From contig CAVTRN010000002.1 in NCBI GenBank assembly GCA_963737155.1, positions 832,001 through 896,000 of the forward strand: a stretch of 64,000 bases of DNA, written 5' to 3'. Position numbers and translations under genes: made by a program. The stretch comes from Nitrospirota bacterium. GTDB taxonomy: Bacteria; Nitrospirota; UBA9217. Shown here in pieces: positions 29,021 to 38,300 of this stretch; position 1 is the stretch's first letter, and every line of letters begins with the position of its first letter. Below the pieces are notes generated by a model, which saw only the letters and a list, made by a program, of their open reading frames with translations, was not told the origin of the DNA and searched no databases.

Positions 29021-29392
29021 ATGATAAAGATCAAGAGAGTTTATGAACAGCCGTCAAAGGATGACGGAAAACGCATTCTGATCGATCGGCTATGGCCGAG
29101 AGGGCTTAAAAAAGACGATGCACGGATTGATGAGTGGATAAAAGAGGTTGCCCCGAGCAATGAACTCAGGAAATGGTTCAATCATGACCCGAATAGGTGG
29201 GATGAATTCAAAAACCGGTTCTTTGCGGAACTGCAAGGGCAGGAAATGGTGGAGGGAATCATCAACGTAGCTCGGAAAGGCACCGTAATATTGCTTTTCG
29301 GATCAAAGGAAGAACGCTTCAACAATGCCGTGGCGTTGAACGAATATATCGACGCCAAAATGAAGGCACTGAAACGGGGAAAAGCGGCGTAG
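29021..29392 (+). CDS. DUF488 (YeaO-like) protein
   Basis: IKRVYE, DDGKRILIDRLWPRG, APSNELRKWFNHD, NNAVAL. Confidence 0.9.
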   Translation: MIKIKRVYEQPSKDDGKRILIDRLWPRGLKKDDARIDEWIKEVAPSNELRKWFNHDPNRWDEFKNRFFAELQGQEMVEGIINVARKGTVILLFGSKEERFNNAVALNEYIDAKMKALKRGKAA

Positions 29393-29506
29393 CAACGAAA
29401 GGACCTCGTAAATATCCATAATCAAGAATCCGTGGCAGCAGCTAAATTGTAGTTATTTTTTGCTTGCTGCCGGGCGTCCCGCGCTTGCATTTTCGAGAAA
29501 AAACCC

Positions 29507-29535
29507 TTGACAATAACGGCTTTATCTTATATATT
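29507..29535 (+). promoter_or_regulatory. Sigma70 promoter for ffh
   Basis: TTGACA-17 bp-TATATT, 30 bp upstream of ATG 29565. Confidence 0.65.
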
Positions 29536-29564
29536 CTATATTCTTTGCCGATTGGGTGACTTTC

Positions 29565-30899
29565 ATGCTTGATTCCTTAAGTGGTAAATTAGAGTCTGTT
29601 TTCAAGAAGCTACGCGGCCGGGGAGTCCTTAAGGAAGACGACATTAGAGAGGCGCTGCGAGAGGTGCGCCTTGCGCTCCTTGAAGCTGATGTCAATTTCA
29701 AGGTCGTCAAGGACTTTATAGAGCGTATCCAGGAGCGGGCCGTTGGCAAGGAGATTCTCGACAGCCTGACTCCGGGCCAGCAGGTGATCAAGATCGTCCA
29801 CGAGGAACTCGTGGCGCTTCTCGGTGGAACACAGGCAAAGCTCTATCTTTCTCCGAACCCACCGACGGTCATCATGATGGTCGGCTTGCAGGGCTCAGGC
29901 AAAACGACCACAGCAGGCAAACTGGCCAGGAATTTCAAGAAGGACGGACGAAGAGTCCTCCTGGTGCCCGCCGACACGCGGAGGCCGGCCGCCATCCAGC
30001 AGTTGGTGACCCTGGCCAGACAGATCGGCGTTGATGCCTTTGAATCAACGGACACGGATCCCGTCGTCATCTGCCGTGAAGCGGTAAAACGGGCGGCTTC
30101 GTCGCTTTATGAAGTAGTGATCATTGATACGGCCGGCCGCCTCCAGATCGACGAACCTCTCATGGAAGAACTTCGGCGAATCAAGGCTGGGGTAAAGCCC
30201 CATGAAGTCCTGTTCGTAGCTGATGCCATGACGGGTCAGGAAGCCGTAAACATCGCGACTAAGTTTAATGCTGATCTCGGGTTCGACGGAGTGGTCCTGA
30301 CTAAACTCGATGGTGACGCCCGGGGTGGGGCGGCGCTTTCGGTCCGGTCCGTAACCGGCAAACCGCTGAAGTTTGTAGGCGTAGGTGAAAAGCTCGATGC
30401 CCTCGAGGCGTTCCATCCTGACCGGATGGCATCGCGCATTCTCGGCATGGGCGATGTGATGTCGCTCATCGAAAAGGCCCAGGAGACGGTCTCCCGGGAA
30501 GAAGCCCAGAAGCTCGCTACGAAGCTCAAGAAGAACTCCTTTGATCTCGATGATTTTCGCAACCAGCTGAAGCAAGTAAAGAAGCTTGGCGGGCTTGAGT
30601 CGATCATGGGCATGATCCCGGGCATGGGCAAGATGAAACTCCCGGACGCCGAGCTGAACGAGAAGGAACTGACGAAGGTTGATGCAATCATCAGTTCCAT
30701 GACCGCGAAAGAACGAGCCGATTATATGGTCATTAACGGCAGCCGCCGGGCACGCATTGCGAAGGGCAGCGGAACCCAGGTCCAGGATATAAATCGCCTG
30801 CTTAAGCAGTTCGCGGAAATGCGCAAGATGATGAAATCGATGACGAGTGGCAAGATGGGGAAGATGGCCAAGATGTTCGGCGGCCGGAGGCCGTTTTAG
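29565..30899 (+). CDS. ffh: Signal recognition particle protein
   Basis: ALLEADV, GLQGSGKTT, DTAGR, TKLDGDARGG, RILGMGD, Met-rich M domain. Confidence 0.98.
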   Translation: MLDSLSGKLESVFKKLRGRGVLKEDDIREALREVRLALLEADVNFKVVKDFIERIQERAVGKEILDSLTPGQQVIKIVHEELVALLGGTQAKLYLSPNPPTVIMMVGLQGSGKTTTAGKLARNFKKDGRRVLLVPADTRRPAAIQQLVTLARQIGVDAFESTDTDPVVICREAVKRAASSLYEVVIIDTAGRLQIDEPLMEELRRIKAGVKPHEVLFVADAMTGQEAVNIATKFNADLGFDGVVLTKLDGDARGGAALSVRSVTGKPLKFVGVGEKLDALEAFHPDRMASRILGMGDVMSLIEKAQETVSREEAQKLATKLKKNSFDLDDFRNQLKQVKKLGGLESIMGMIPGMGKMKLPDAELNEKELTKVDAIISSMTAKERADYMVINGSRRARIAKGSGTQVQDINRLLKQFAEMRKMMKSMTSGKMGKMAKMFGGRRPF

Positions 30900-31076
30900 A
30901 TAAATCGGGAATCACGGGTCTCGCAAATAGGCGGAATAGACGGATGAATGCGGGTACGTAAATCCCCGGAGAATTTTTCACTCAGTGTCCGCTTGGCGGG
31001 CGGTGGTTAGCGACTTTTGAATTTCGTATCGAGATTACCAAATTGTGATTTATTAATTAGCGAAAGAGGTGAAACA

Positions 31077-31367
31077 ATGTCAGTAAAAATCAGACTTAAA
31101 AGGATGGGGACCCACAAGAAACCCTACTACCGGCTGGTAGTGGCGGATTCCCGGTCGCCGAGAGATGGCCGTTTTATCGAGATGGTAGGGACTTATGATC
31201 CGCTCAAGAAGCCTGCGGAGATCAAGGTAGACCAGGCAAAGGCCCTCGATTGGCTCAAGAAAGGCGCTGTCCCGTCTGATACGGTAAAGACCCTGCTCTC
31301 CAAGGTCGGGGTCATGAAACAGTACGCTGAGGCAAAGCAACAATCAATTTCAGACACGCAGGCGTAA
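31077..31367 (+). CDS. rpsP: 30S ribosomal protein S16
   Basis: [11 protein letters not shown]...[15 protein letters not shown]; GAGGTG RBS. Confidence 0.98.
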   Translation: MSVKIRLKRMGTHKKPYYRLVVADSRSPRDGRFIEMVGTYDPLKKPAEIKVDQAKALDWLKKGAVPSDTVKTLLSKVGVMKQYAEAKQQSISDTQA

Positions 31368-31392
31368 GCTACTCGCACTCGCCTAAAGGGCC

Positions 31393-31896
31393 ATGCTCGT
31401 AACCATCGGCAAAGCGATCAAGACCTTCGGCGTCAAGGGCGAGATGAAGATCGAGCCCCTGACCGATTTCCCCGAGCGGTTCAGGGACCTGCACCGCGTA
31501 TATATGGTTTCGCCGAAGGGAAATGAAATCATCTGCGACATCCAGTCGGTGCGGCATGCGGGAGGCGCAATATACCTGCTTTTTGCCGGTTATGATACTC
31601 CCGAGAAAGCCAGGGTCCTCAACGGCTGGTTTCTCAAGATCCCCGAGGCGGATACGGTCCCTCTCCCTGATGGTTCGTACTACTGGTTCGAGCTCATGGG
31701 AATGGAAGTTGTATCCGAGAGCGGGGAAAAACTCGGCGCGATTGCCGACATTTTACAAACCGGCAGCAACGATATCTATGTATTGAAGAATGGCAGGAAG
31801 GAAATCTATATTCCCGCCACGAAGGAAGTAATCAGGCAGGTTGACAAAAAAGCAAGACGGATGACTATCCGAGTGCTGGAAGGTCTGCTGGATTAG
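31393..31896 (+). CDS. rimM: Ribosome maturation factor RimM
   Basis: IGKAIKTFGVKGE, YYWFELMG, TGSNDIY, IYIP; canonical position. Confidence 0.95.
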   Translation: MLVTIGKAIKTFGVKGEMKIEPLTDFPERFRDLHRVYMVSPKGNEIICDIQSVRHAGGAIYLLFAGYDTPEKARVLNGWFLKIPEADTVPLPDGSYYWFELMGMEVVSESGEKLGAIADILQTGSNDIYVLKNGRKEIYIPATKEVIRQVDKKARRMTIRVLEGLLD

Positions 31897-31916
31897 GATA
31901 CGCGGTCCCTTCTCCT

Positions 31917-32669
31917 ATGCGAAGACTGAATTTTGAGGTACTTACGCTCTTCCCCGGGATCATCGCGGGTCCGCTGAACGAGAGCATTCTCAAACGGGGC
32001 CGCGAAAAAGGGCTCCTGGAAGTCACTGTCCGGAACATCCGGGATTATGCCGATGACAAGCATAAAACCGCCGATGACAGTCCCTACGGCGGGGGGGCGG
32101 GCATGGTGCTCAAGCCCGACCCCATCTTCAAAGCCTTCGAGGCGATGAAGGCCGACCATCAGGGAGAAGAGTTTCTCGTGATCCTGCTCTCTCCCCAGGG
32201 CAGGGTCCTGAATCAGCGCAGGGCGGAACAGCTTTCCGAGGAGAAACGCCGGATTGTTCTCCTCTGCGGGCACTATGAAGCCATCGACGAGCGGGTCATA
32301 GAGGCCCTCGTGGACGAGGAGCTCTCGATCGGCGACTATGTCCTGACTGGCGGCGAGCTTGCCGCACTTGTGGTGATCGATGCGGCGGCCCGGCTTCTGC
32401 CCGGCGTTCTGGGCGACGAAGAGTCAGCGTACCGGGATTCCTTCGGGGATGGTTTGCTTGATCATCCCCATTATACGCGGCCCGCTGAGTTCCGGGGCAG
32501 GATGGTGCCGGATGTGCTGCTCTCGGGCAATCATGCCGAAATCGAGAAGTGGCGGCGGCGCGAGGCGCTCAAGGCTACGCTTTTAAAAAGGCCCGAACTT
32601 CTCGCAACTGCGGACCTTACCGACGAGGACCGGGAGATACTTGCTGAGCTAAGAATATCGGGGAATTAG
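31917..32669 (+). CDS. trmD: tRNA (guanine-N1)-methyltransferase
   Basis: DDSPYGGGAGM, LSPQG, CGHYEAIDER, SIGDYVLTGGE, YTRP, LLSGNH. Confidence 0.98.
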   Translation: MRRLNFEVLTLFPGIIAGPLNESILKRGREKGLLEVTVRNIRDYADDKHKTADDSPYGGGAGMVLKPDPIFKAFEAMKADHQGEEFLVILLSPQGRVLNQRRAEQLSEEKRRIVLLCGHYEAIDERVIEALVDEELSIGDYVLTGGELAALVVIDAAARLLPGVLGDEESAYRDSFGDGLLDHPHYTRPAEFRGRMVPDVLLSGNHAEIEKWRRREALKATLLKRPELLATADLTDEDREILAELRISGN

Positions 32670-32722
32670 ACGACGAACATTGAAATATCAATTCAGTTTT
32701 GGACTGTTAAGGGAGGTTTACC

Positions 32723-33124
32723 GTGGACATCATACAATCTTTGGAAAAGGCGCAGTTGAAAGAAGGGATCCTGAATTTCCGCGTGGGTGACACCATCCGC
32801 GTTCATGCGAAGGTCGTCGAAGGCGACAAGGAGAGAATCCAGGTATTCGAGGGAGTCGTGATCGGCCGTCAGGGTGCGGGCTCGCGCGAAATCGTCCGCG
32901 TCAGGAAGCTTTCCTACGGGGTCGGTGTTGAGCGGCTTTTCCCGCTCCATTCGCCCATGATTGACAAGATCGAGATCGCCAAGGAAGGTAAGGTCCGCAG
33001 GGCCAAGCTTTACTTCCTCCGCGAACTGCGAGGCAAGGCGGCCAGGATCAAGGAAAAGGAACGGGCACTTGCTTCAGTGGCAGGCGCCACGCAGACGGAA
33101 GCGGCGGAACAGCAGAAGTCTTAA
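32723..33124 (+). CDS. rplS: 50S ribosomal protein L19
   Basis: [32 protein letters not shown]. Confidence 0.98.
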   Translation: MDIIQSLEKAQLKEGILNFRVGDTIRVHAKVVEGDKERIQVFEGVVIGRQGAGSREIVRVRKLSYGVGVERLFPLHSPMIDKIEIAKEGKVRRAKLYFLRELRGKAARIKEKERALASVAGATQTEAAEQQKS

Positions 33125-33156
33125 ACCGGCTAAAACAACAAAACCCCAGGCGCAAA

Positions 33157-33212
33157 GGAATGTCAAGTGACGCCTCTTCCTAGAAGCGGAAACCATTTGG
33201 CATTCTTTTTTT
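33157..33212 (+). terminator. Probable terminator after rplS
   Basis: GAATGTCAAGTG pairs with CATTTGGCATTC, followed by a T-run. Confidence 0.5.
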
Positions 33213-33273
33213 CTCTTTAAAACATGCTATCGGGCTTTAGGCTTTGTGAATCTTTTTATTCAGTGAGGTCCCT

Positions 33274-33963
33274 ATGCCCCGTGGCCGGCACCGCCAGCGG
33301 GATGCCCAGCTAGACCGCGACGACCTGTTTTCCGGAGAGCTTCTTTGCGATCCACTCTTGTTCGAGCGGAAGGCGCGGGAAGCGGGTTTTTCCCGCATTG
33401 CGGGACTCGATGAAGCTGGCAGGGGGCCGCTTGCGGGACCAGTGGCCGCCGCCGTCGTGGTGCTTCCCGACGGGCTCCTGATACCGGGGCTCACCGACTC
33501 CAAGCAGGTTTCAGAAAGAGAACGGAACCGGCTCTTTGAAGTGATTCGGGAAAAGGCGGTATGCTTCGGCGTCGGAATCGCTGACGAACGGACCATTGAC
33601 GACGTGAACATTCTCCAGGCGACTATAATTGCCATGGAACGCGCTCTTTCGCAGCTTGCCCCACCGCCGGACTACCTGCTAATCGATGCCCTCACTCTCC
33701 CGCGCGTTTCACTTCCGCAAAATGGAATTGTTAAGGGAGACTGCCGCAGCCACAGCATTGCGGCTGCATCAATTCTCGCCAAGGTTACGAGGGACCGGAT
33801 GATGCTAGAGCTGCATGAGCAATATCCCCGGTACAATTTCAAGAGGCACAAGGGATACGGGACCCGCGAACACCTTGAACTTCTCCAGAAGTACGGTCCC
33901 TGCGAGGCGCACCGCAGGACCTTCAACCCAGTTGCGCGGATGCTTGCTGGAGCGCAGCTTTGA
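33274..33963 (+). CDS. rnhB: Ribonuclease HII
   Basis: GLDEAGRGPLAGPV, DSK, KGD, IAAASILAKVTRD, HKGYGT. Confidence 0.97.
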   Translation: MPRGRHRQRDAQLDRDDLFSGELLCDPLLFERKAREAGFSRIAGLDEAGRGPLAGPVAAAVVVLPDGLLIPGLTDSKQVSERERNRLFEVIREKAVCFGVGIADERTIDDVNILQATIIAMERALSQLAPPPDYLLIDALTLPRVSLPQNGIVKGDCRSHSIAAASILAKVTRDRMMLELHEQYPRYNFKRHKGYGTREHLELLQKYGPCEAHRRTFNPVARMLAGAQL

Positions 33964-34066
33964 GCCTGAGCCGCAAGCCGCTCAGGACGGATCCCTAGTT
34001 GCCAGCGATTGCACTAAGTGGTATATTGATCTTGCCCCGTTCATCCGCTCTTGATGAAAAATACCA

Positions 34067-35389
34067 GTGGTAACGAAATCATATAAAATAGGCCTGGTCA
34101 GTCTTGGCTGTCCCAAAAACCAGGTTGATGCCGAGCAGATGCTCGGTGTGCTGGCCGGCTCCGGATTCGAGATCACGCCGGACCAGCAGGACGCCGACGT
34201 GATCGTGGTGAACACCTGCGGGTTTATCGAGTCAGCCAAGGAGGAATCCATCGAAGCTATCCTTGACGCAGCCAGGATGAAGCAGACAGGCCGGTGCACA
34301 AAGGTCATCATCTCCGGCTGCCTCGCGCAGCGGTACAAGGAAGACTTATTGAAGGAAATGCCGGAGGCCGACGCAGTGGTGGGCACCGCCGAGATCGGCA
34401 GAATCGGGGAGATCTGTAAAGAGGCGCTTGGTGGAAAGGAACATCTGCTCAAGGTCGCTGCTCCCGCCATGGTTTACGGTCTTCCGCGCTTGAGCACCAC
34501 GCCGCGCCATTACCGCTATCTCAAGATCGCCGAAGGATGCAGCAACCGGTGCTCTTACTGTGCCATCCCGATCATCCGGGGGAATTTCAGGAGCAGGCCT
34601 TTTGCGTCGATTCTGGACGAGGCGCGGAGCCTCGCGGACGAAGGAGCGAAGGAACTCATCCTCCTGGCGCAGGATTCAACGGCCTATCGCGATAGTGAGG
34701 CGGACCTCCCCATACTGCTCCAGGCGCTGGCGCGGGTGCCGGGCATCGAATGGGTACGGCTCATGTATGCTTATCCGGGCAGGATAAGCGATGCGCTCAT
34801 GCGGGTCATGGCCGATGAGGAAAAGATATGCAAATATCTCGATATTCCGATCCAGCATTTTGATGACAAGGTGCTCAAAGCCATGAACCGGCGCGGTGAT
34901 TCTCGTGACATCCGCACAACCATTGAGCAGCTGCGAAAACGCATTCCCGGGATCGCGCTTCGCACCTCGCTTATCGTAGGGTTTCCCGGCGAAACCGGGG
35001 CCGCGTTCAAGCGCCTTCTCTCGTTCATAAAGGAAACTGAATTCGAGCACCTCGGGGTTTTCACCTATTCTCCGGAAGAGGGAACGGCGGCATATGATCT
35101 GAAAACGGAAGTCTCCGCGGAAATTGCCGCAGAGCGGTTCCAGACAATAATGCGAACGCAGGCAAAAATATCGTTCAGGAAAAACCAGTCGCTCATCGGT
35201 TCCCGCAAGCGGGTGCTCATTGACGGAATGGAGGACATGGCCCTCATCGGCAGGCTTTCGACACAGGCGCCCGAAATCGACGGCATGGTGTACCTGTCCG
35301 AAACCGAGGCGGCTCCGGGGGATTTTGTCGATATTACCATCAAGGATGCCACGGAGTACGATCTAGTGGGAAGCAGTGAGGCTCTGTAG
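34067..35389 (+). CDS. rimO: Ribosomal protein S12 methylthiotransferase
   Basis: SLGCPKN, NTCGFI, GCLAQRY, KIAEGCSNRCSYC, APEIDG. Confidence 0.96.
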   Translation: MVTKSYKIGLVSLGCPKNQVDAEQMLGVLAGSGFEITPDQQDADVIVVNTCGFIESAKEESIEAILDAARMKQTGRCTKVIISGCLAQRYKEDLLKEMPEADAVVGTAEIGRIGEICKEALGGKEHLLKVAAPAMVYGLPRLSTTPRHYRYLKIAEGCSNRCSYCAIPIIRGNFRSRPFASILDEARSLADEGAKELILLAQDSTAYRDSEADLPILLQALARVPGIEWVRLMYAYPGRISDALMRVMADEEKICKYLDIPIQHFDDKVLKAMNRRGDSRDIRTTIEQLRKRIPGIALRTSLIVGFPGETGAAFKRLLSFIKETEFEHLGVFTYSPEEGTAAYDLKTEVSAEIAAERFQTIMRTQAKISFRKNQSLIGSRKRVLIDGMEDMALIGRLSTQAPEIDGMVYLSETEAAPGDFVDITIKDATEYDLVGSSEAL

Positions 35390-35509
35390 GCAGAAGGTAG
35401 TCAGGCAAGGGAAGATTCACATATACGAGATGAGGGACTGGCTGGCGATTGTCATCAATCTGAGGCATTGCCTCGTTAAACGATAAAAAAGAACACCGAA
35501 AGGGAATTT

Positions 35510-36721
35510 ATGGATACCAACAATCAGGCAGCGCAGATACCGGACAATGAAGAAAATTTTGCGGATATGTTCGAGAAAAGTTTTAAAAAGCAAGGCAAGC
35601 TTGAACCCGGCCAGAAAGTTGAAACAGTCATCGTTAAGATCTCATCGGAATGGATATTCCTTGATCTGGGTGGGAAAGGCGAAGGTTACCTGGATAAGAA
35701 AGAGATGCTTGATGAGGCCGGGACCCTGAAGGTCAAGGAGGGCGATAGCATTACGGCCTACTTCGTATCCGCAGGAAATAACGAAATGCATTTCACCACC
35801 AAAATCGGGACAGGACCGGGAAAGCAGAGCCAGCTTGAAGATGCCTGGAAGAGCGGCATACCCGTGGATGGGACGGTGGTAAAGGAGATGAAGGGCGGGT
35901 TCGAGATAAAGATAGCGGGCAGCGTTCGTGCATTCTGTCCTTTCTCTCAGATGGGATTGCGGCGCGACGAACAGCAGGCCCTCTATATCGGCAAGACCCT
36001 GTCGTTCAACATCATCGAATTCAGCGAAGGGGGTAGGAATATCGTGGTCTCCCGAAGAGCGATTCTTGATAACGAGCGCCGAAACAAGTATGCGGTATTG
36101 AAGGAGACGCTGAAAGAGGGAGCGAAGGTGACTGGGACTGTGACCTCGATCCAGAAATTCGGCGCCTTTGTGGATATCGGCGGAATCGAGGGTCTGTTGC
36201 CTGTCTCCGAGATTGCCTGGACCAGGACTGAAAAGGTGAGCGACATCCTGTCTGTAGGCCAGACTGTCGAGGTGATCATCAAGAGGCTCGACTGGGACAA
36301 CCGGAAGTTCTCCTTCAGCTTGAAAGACGCGATGCCCGATCCCTGGGAGCGTATAGTCGAAACTTTTCCGATCGGATCCTTTCATGCCGGGACGGTTTCA
36401 CGTCTTGCCCCCTTCGGAGCTTTCGTAACTCTGAAAGAGGGAGTGGATGGACTCATTCATATTTCGAAGTTAGGTGCCGGCAAAAGGATTAACCATCCGC
36501 GCGAAGTGGTTAAGGAGGGGCAAGCTGTCGAAGTGAAGGTGGAGGCTGTGGACGCTGGCCAGAGAAGACTGTCTTTGTCCCTTGCCGAGATCAGCCGTGC
36601 GGAAGCGGAAGAGGCCGCTACGATAAAGGAGTATAATCAGCAGTCAAAAGACGCGCCGCAGAACATGGGGTCCTTAGGCGACATTCTGAAAGCGAAATTG
36701 CCTCATCAGGAGAAAGAGTAA
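35510..36721 (+). CDS. Short (four S1 domain) ribosomal protein S1-like protein
   Basis: Four S1 repeats (RAFCPFSQ, FGAFVDIGGIEGLL, FGAFV..GVDGLIHIS); C-terminal SLGDIL. Confidence 0.88.
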   Translation: MDTNNQAAQIPDNEENFADMFEKSFKKQGKLEPGQKVETVIVKISSEWIFLDLGGKGEGYLDKKEMLDEAGTLKVKEGDSITAYFVSAGNNEMHFTTKIGTGPGKQSQLEDAWKSGIPVDGTVVKEMKGGFEIKIAGSVRAFCPFSQMGLRRDEQQALYIGKTLSFNIIEFSEGGRNIVVSRRAILDNERRNKYAVLKETLKEGAKVTGTVTSIQKFGAFVDIGGIEGLLPVSEIAWTRTEKVSDILSVGQTVEVIIKRLDWDNRKFSFSLKDAMPDPWERIVETFPIGSFHAGTVSRLAPFGAFVTLKEGVDGLIHISKLGAGKRINHPREVVKEGQAVEVKVEAVDAGQRRLSLSLAEISRAEAEEAATIKEYNQQSKDAPQNMGSLGDILKAKLPHQEKE

Positions 36722-37073
36722 ATATTTTCGCTGGTGTCAGTTGTGTCGCTGCACCCGAATTTGTCACCACAAAAAATGCGGCCTTTGATGGTGGAGTTAT
36801 CCATGAAATCCCTGGTGATGAACAACATCATTATTATGGCCGGACGATAGCCGCTGCCTTACTCGAACCAACGTTTCTACCGAATTTCCCGCCACAAGCC
36901 GGCAATGAGCGCGTTCCATGTCGCGTTTTCGCTATTGCCAAGCAGTGTAACCAGCCGATGCCTGTTATGACAACATTAGCTTTCATTGGGCGCAGTATAG
37001 GGTTTTTTTCGGGCATGTTCGAGAGCGATTTGAACAATCATCGAGAAATCATGGATTAAGCGATGAAATCAGT

Positions 37074-37101
37074 TTGACAATGCAACAGGTTGTGCTATAG
37101 T
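37074..37101 (+). promoter_or_regulatory. Sigma70 promoter for the DUF4912 gene
   Basis: TTGACA-16 bp-TATAGT with TG upstream of the -10. Confidence 0.55.
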
Positions 37102-37152
37102 ATAGAATACTTAAGAGAAACAGGCATTTAAAATCCGAGAGGGGGGGTTGAG

Positions 37153-38190
37153 ATGAAAAAGACCGATCTGCTAGCTATGGTAATAGATGAGCTCAAAGCC
37201 CTTGCCAATAAAATGAAGATAGTTTTGCCTGTCAGGGCGAAAAAAGCTGAAATAATTGATTCGCTTATGACCACCGCCAGCGCCGGGAAAAAAGCAGCTG
37301 CAAAAAATACAAAGGTGAAAAAATCTACCGCCGAAAAAGCGATGGCGCAGAAGGTAGTGAAGAGCAACCCCTCGGCAAAAAAAGCTGCGCCCGCGAAAAC
37401 AACCTCCAAATCAGCGGTGAAAGCAAAACAGTCCACGGTAAAGAAACCAAATGCTGCAGTGAGTAAAACTACTGCTCCTGATAGGACGCTGGGTCGCGGT
37501 CTTCCTGACCCGATCTATCCGGTCCATGATTGGAAGATACCGCCGAAGGCCGAAGAACCTCTTCTTGCCCACGAGCGCGCTGTTCAGTCGAAGTATTATA
37601 CCGGATCGGAAGGCCAGCAGGCAGCTGCGGAGTCCGGTGTACTGCCTCAGGGATACGGGGAAGACAGGATTGTTCTGATAGTGCGGGATCCTTTCGTGGT
37701 TCATGCTTACTGGGAAGCGACAACGGCGCGTCTTGAGCATGAAAAAGCCTGGTTCAGCTGGGGAAGCAAACTCTTCATCCGGATTTTTGACGTCACAGGT
37801 GTGCAGTTTGACGGCAGAAATGCCATCGGCTATTTCGATCAGGAAGTGAACGAACAGACTGGAAGCTGGTATTTCGATCTCGGACGTCCCGGCCATTCGT
37901 TTTGCGCTGATCTCGGGCTGCTCTCGCCGGAGGGACGTTTTTTGTCCTTGGTGCGGTCCAATTACATAACCATACCCCGGGACGGAGTGTCCGAGGTGGT
38001 TGACGAAGAATGGATGCTTGCGGATGAGGAATTCTGGAAACTTTACAATTATCCGGAGGGATTTCAGGGCGGGCTTTCATCGCCCCGGCGTGGACCCCAG
38101 GAATGGGAAATGATGAAGCGCCGGCGGCTTCAAGAAATGTCCTCGCCCGGTCTTGCTGCGCGGGATCGGGCCAAGGCCCGGAGGAAGTAG
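37153..38190 (+). CDS. DUF4912 protein with Rho-N-like N-terminus and Lys/Ala-rich linker
   Basis: ELKALA...KKAEII; LPQGYGEDRIVLIVRDPFVVHAYWE, RIFDVTG, SWYF, RSN...PR. Confidence 0.8.
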   Translation: MKKTDLLAMVIDELKALANKMKIVLPVRAKKAEIIDSLMTTASAGKKAAAKNTKVKKSTAEKAMAQKVVKSNPSAKKAAPAKTTSKSAVKAKQSTVKKPNAAVSKTTAPDRTLGRGLPDPIYPVHDWKIPPKAEEPLLAHERAVQSKYYTGSEGQQAAAESGVLPQGYGEDRIVLIVRDPFVVHAYWEATTARLEHEKAWFSWGSKLFIRIFDVTGVQFDGRNAIGYFDQEVNEQTGSWYFDLGRPGHSFCADLGLLSPEGRFLSLVRSNYITIPRDGVSEVVDEEWMLADEEFWKLYNYPEGFQGGLSSPRRGPQEWEMMKRRRLQEMSSPGLAARDRAKARRK

Positions 38191-38252
38191 CCCCATGATA
38201 AGCGCGGTCAACTCGAGTGAGGGGTGATGCGCGCCGCGAACCGAAAATTATA

Positions 38253-38285
38253 AAGTCCATCCGGTCCCGGGTGGACTTTTTCTTT
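38253..38285 (+). terminator. Intrinsic terminator between DUF4912 and GH57 genes
   Basis: AAAGTCCATCCGG-TC-CCGGGTGGACTTT followed by TTCTTT. Confidence 0.65.
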
Positions 38286-38300
38286 GTCTGAGCCCGAGGT

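Noticed and set aside
30900-31070. ffh-rpsP spacer as SRP RNA or another ncRNA
   Set aside because: No SRP domain IV pattern (CAGG..GGAA..AGCAG) or other recognisable motif.
36781-36840. GATGGTGGAGTT... resembling a fluoride riboswitch
   Set aside because: Lacks the pairing and downstream conserved elements, and no fluoride-related gene follows.
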